Shown here piece by piece: positions 62,337 through 64,000 of a DNA stretch of 64,000 bases (positions are counted from its first letter, which is position 1; every line of letters starts with the position of its first letter). Source of the DNA: Octopus vulgaris. Its lineage: Eukaryota. A model generated the notes under the pieces. The model did not search any database. It had not been told where the DNA came from and saw nothing but the letters and a program-made list of their open reading frames with translations. The stretch lies in NCBI GenBank assembly GCA_951406725.2, contig OX597825.1, forward strand, positions 124,001 to 188,000, in the 5' to 3' direction. The position numbers and the translations under genes are program-made.

Positions 62337-62387
62337 GCCTTTTATCCCATTGAGAGAAGAATCAAAATCGAAAGAAATGACACTGTG
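62337..62387 (+). CDS. PAM: PAM/PHM coding exon 10 (gene continues beyond window)
   Basis: ttacAG|AFYPIERRIKIERNDTV|GTAATT. Matches rat AFYPVEHPVDVTFGDIL. The CuM Met exon and any PAL domain are not in this window. Confidence 0.92.
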
Positions 62388-62414
62388 GTAATTATAGCTC
62401 TCTCTTTGAAACAA

Positions 62415-63067
62415 TCATCATCATCATCATCATTTAACGTCCGCTTTCCATGCTAGCATGGGCTGGACGATTTGACTGAGGTTGGGCGAATCAGACTCCA
62501 ATCTGATCTGGCAGAGTTTCTACAGCTGGATGCCCTTCCTAATGCCAACAACTCCGAGCGTGTACTGGGTGCTTTTACATGCCACCGGCACGAGGGCCAG
62601 TTTGGTGGTACTGGCAACAGCCACGCCCAAATGGTGCTTTTTATGTGCCACCTGCACAGGAGCCAGTCCAGCAGTACTGGCGACGTCCTCGCTCGAATGT
62701 TTCACATGCCACCAGCAAAAGGGCTAGTAAGGCGACACGGTAACGATCACACTCGAATGGTGTGTTTAACGTGCCATCGGCACGAAGGCCAGCTTGTTGC
62801 TCTGGCAATGATCTCACTCGTATGGTACTCTTAGCGCTCCACTAGCAACGGATGCCAGTCACCGAGTTTGATTTCGACTTCAATTTCACTTACCTCAGCT
62901 GGTCTTCGCAAGCAGAGTTTAGTGTCCATCGAAGAAAGGCATGCATAAGTGGATTGGTTACACCCCTAGCATAGGCCACAAGGTTATGGTCACACTTGCG
63001 CTTGCCGAGTCTTCTGCAGCACTGCATATTTCCAGAGGTCCCGGTCACTGGTCATTGCCTTGGTGAG
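62415..63067 (-). mobile_element. RTE LINE 3' fragment
   Basis: The tail starts about 28 bp after the exon 10 donor. Confidence 0.85.
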
Positions 63068-63249
63068 GCATGCCTTCCAGAACTTTTGTTTGATAAATCA
63101 AAGTAGGAACTAGAACAGAGAAAAGAAATTAGTTGTAACAATTTGAAAACCCATCTAGATGAAAACAATTTAAAAGAGTAAAGTTTTCAGGACTCAAGCT
63201 CAGCTCTTCGTCTCTGACTATGACCTTTCCCAGCCCTTTCAGAAGGATA

Positions 63250-63825
63250 AAATAATAATAGTGAAATTTATTGTATACAGTGCTCAGGTGCATCACAACT
63301 TGTCAAAAAGTGCGTATAAAGCATATGCAGTAATGTACAAATGTCTGGAAAGGGAACAGTGTATGAGTCGGATACATGCTTGCGTGTGTATGGAGGGGAG
63401 AAAATCAGGTGTTGTGTTGGCGAATCTCAGGAAGCATGGAAGTTTTGAAGGATGCAGTACTCCGACAACTAACAACTGATGCCGGCAGTCTGTTCCATGC
63501 TTCAGCAACTCTTAGCGTGGAAAAATGTTTCCGAAAGTCATGGGAGCTGTGCTGTTTTCTGACTTTGTAAATATGTCCACAGGTGTTAGATGGGTGGAGT
63601 TTGAAAAGGTGCTCAGAGTTATTGTTTGTAAGATGGTTAATAATTTTATGGGTGTCTACCGAGTCAGCTGCCAGACGTTGGAGTTTCAATGTATCCATGC
63701 CCAGGGAAGTAAGGCGTTCAGAATATGGCAAATGCCTGATGGAGAGTATTCTCTTGGTTGCACGTCGCTGAACGGCTTCCAGACGATTAATATCCTGGGC
63801 AAGATAGGGGTTCCAGACCGGTGAT
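63250..63825 (-). mobile_element. CR1-clade LINE 3' fragment
   Basis: SPVWNPYLAQDINRLEAVQRRATKR...WNRLP, with an (ATT)n tail. Confidence 0.9.
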
Positions 63826-64000
63826 AGAGTAAAAGAAGAAACCGCCATAAATAGATTAGCTTCAGACAGGAAACCTTCTTCAAATACTTGCAACAACATG
63901 AACTCTGATAAGGCCAATGAAGGACCAGGTGGTGGGGTTCAAGTTGATAACTGATTAAATCTACCACACAAGAACTACTAAAGCTAACCTAACAGGCATT

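Overview
This is eukaryotic, AT-rich, repeat-dense genomic DNA. The SINE/LINE families look like those of an octopus (coleoid cephalopod); that assignment is inferred from repeat recognition only. The window holds the 5' part of one long plus-strand gene encoding a peptidylglycine alpha-hydroxylating monooxygenase (PHM) domain, i.e. a PAM/PHM neuropeptide-amidating enzyme. I assembled 10 short coding exons by hand (12330-62387). They have compatible intron phases and give 277 codons with a signal peptide, both CuH His motifs (HH and QVHY) and the CuM HxH motif. The gene continues past the window end. A candidate promoter and non-coding first exon lie at about 1.74-1.85 kb. The introns are filled with 5'-truncated RTE and CR1 LINEs, tRNA-derived SINEs, Penelope-like remnants with degenerate hammerhead motifs, non-autonomous Helitrons, Merlin-like and piggyBac-like MITEs, a ~1.09 kb tandem triplication and microsatellites. 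Almost all ORFs in the supplied track are repeat-derived or spurious. The main points of interest are a natural HHM->HHI change at the CuH site, a possibly rewired disulfide, a GC-AG or shifted splice junction, a PHD finger inside the RTE ORF, and a modular hairpin array in the RTE 3' UTR. I found no well-supported novel multi-gene system.
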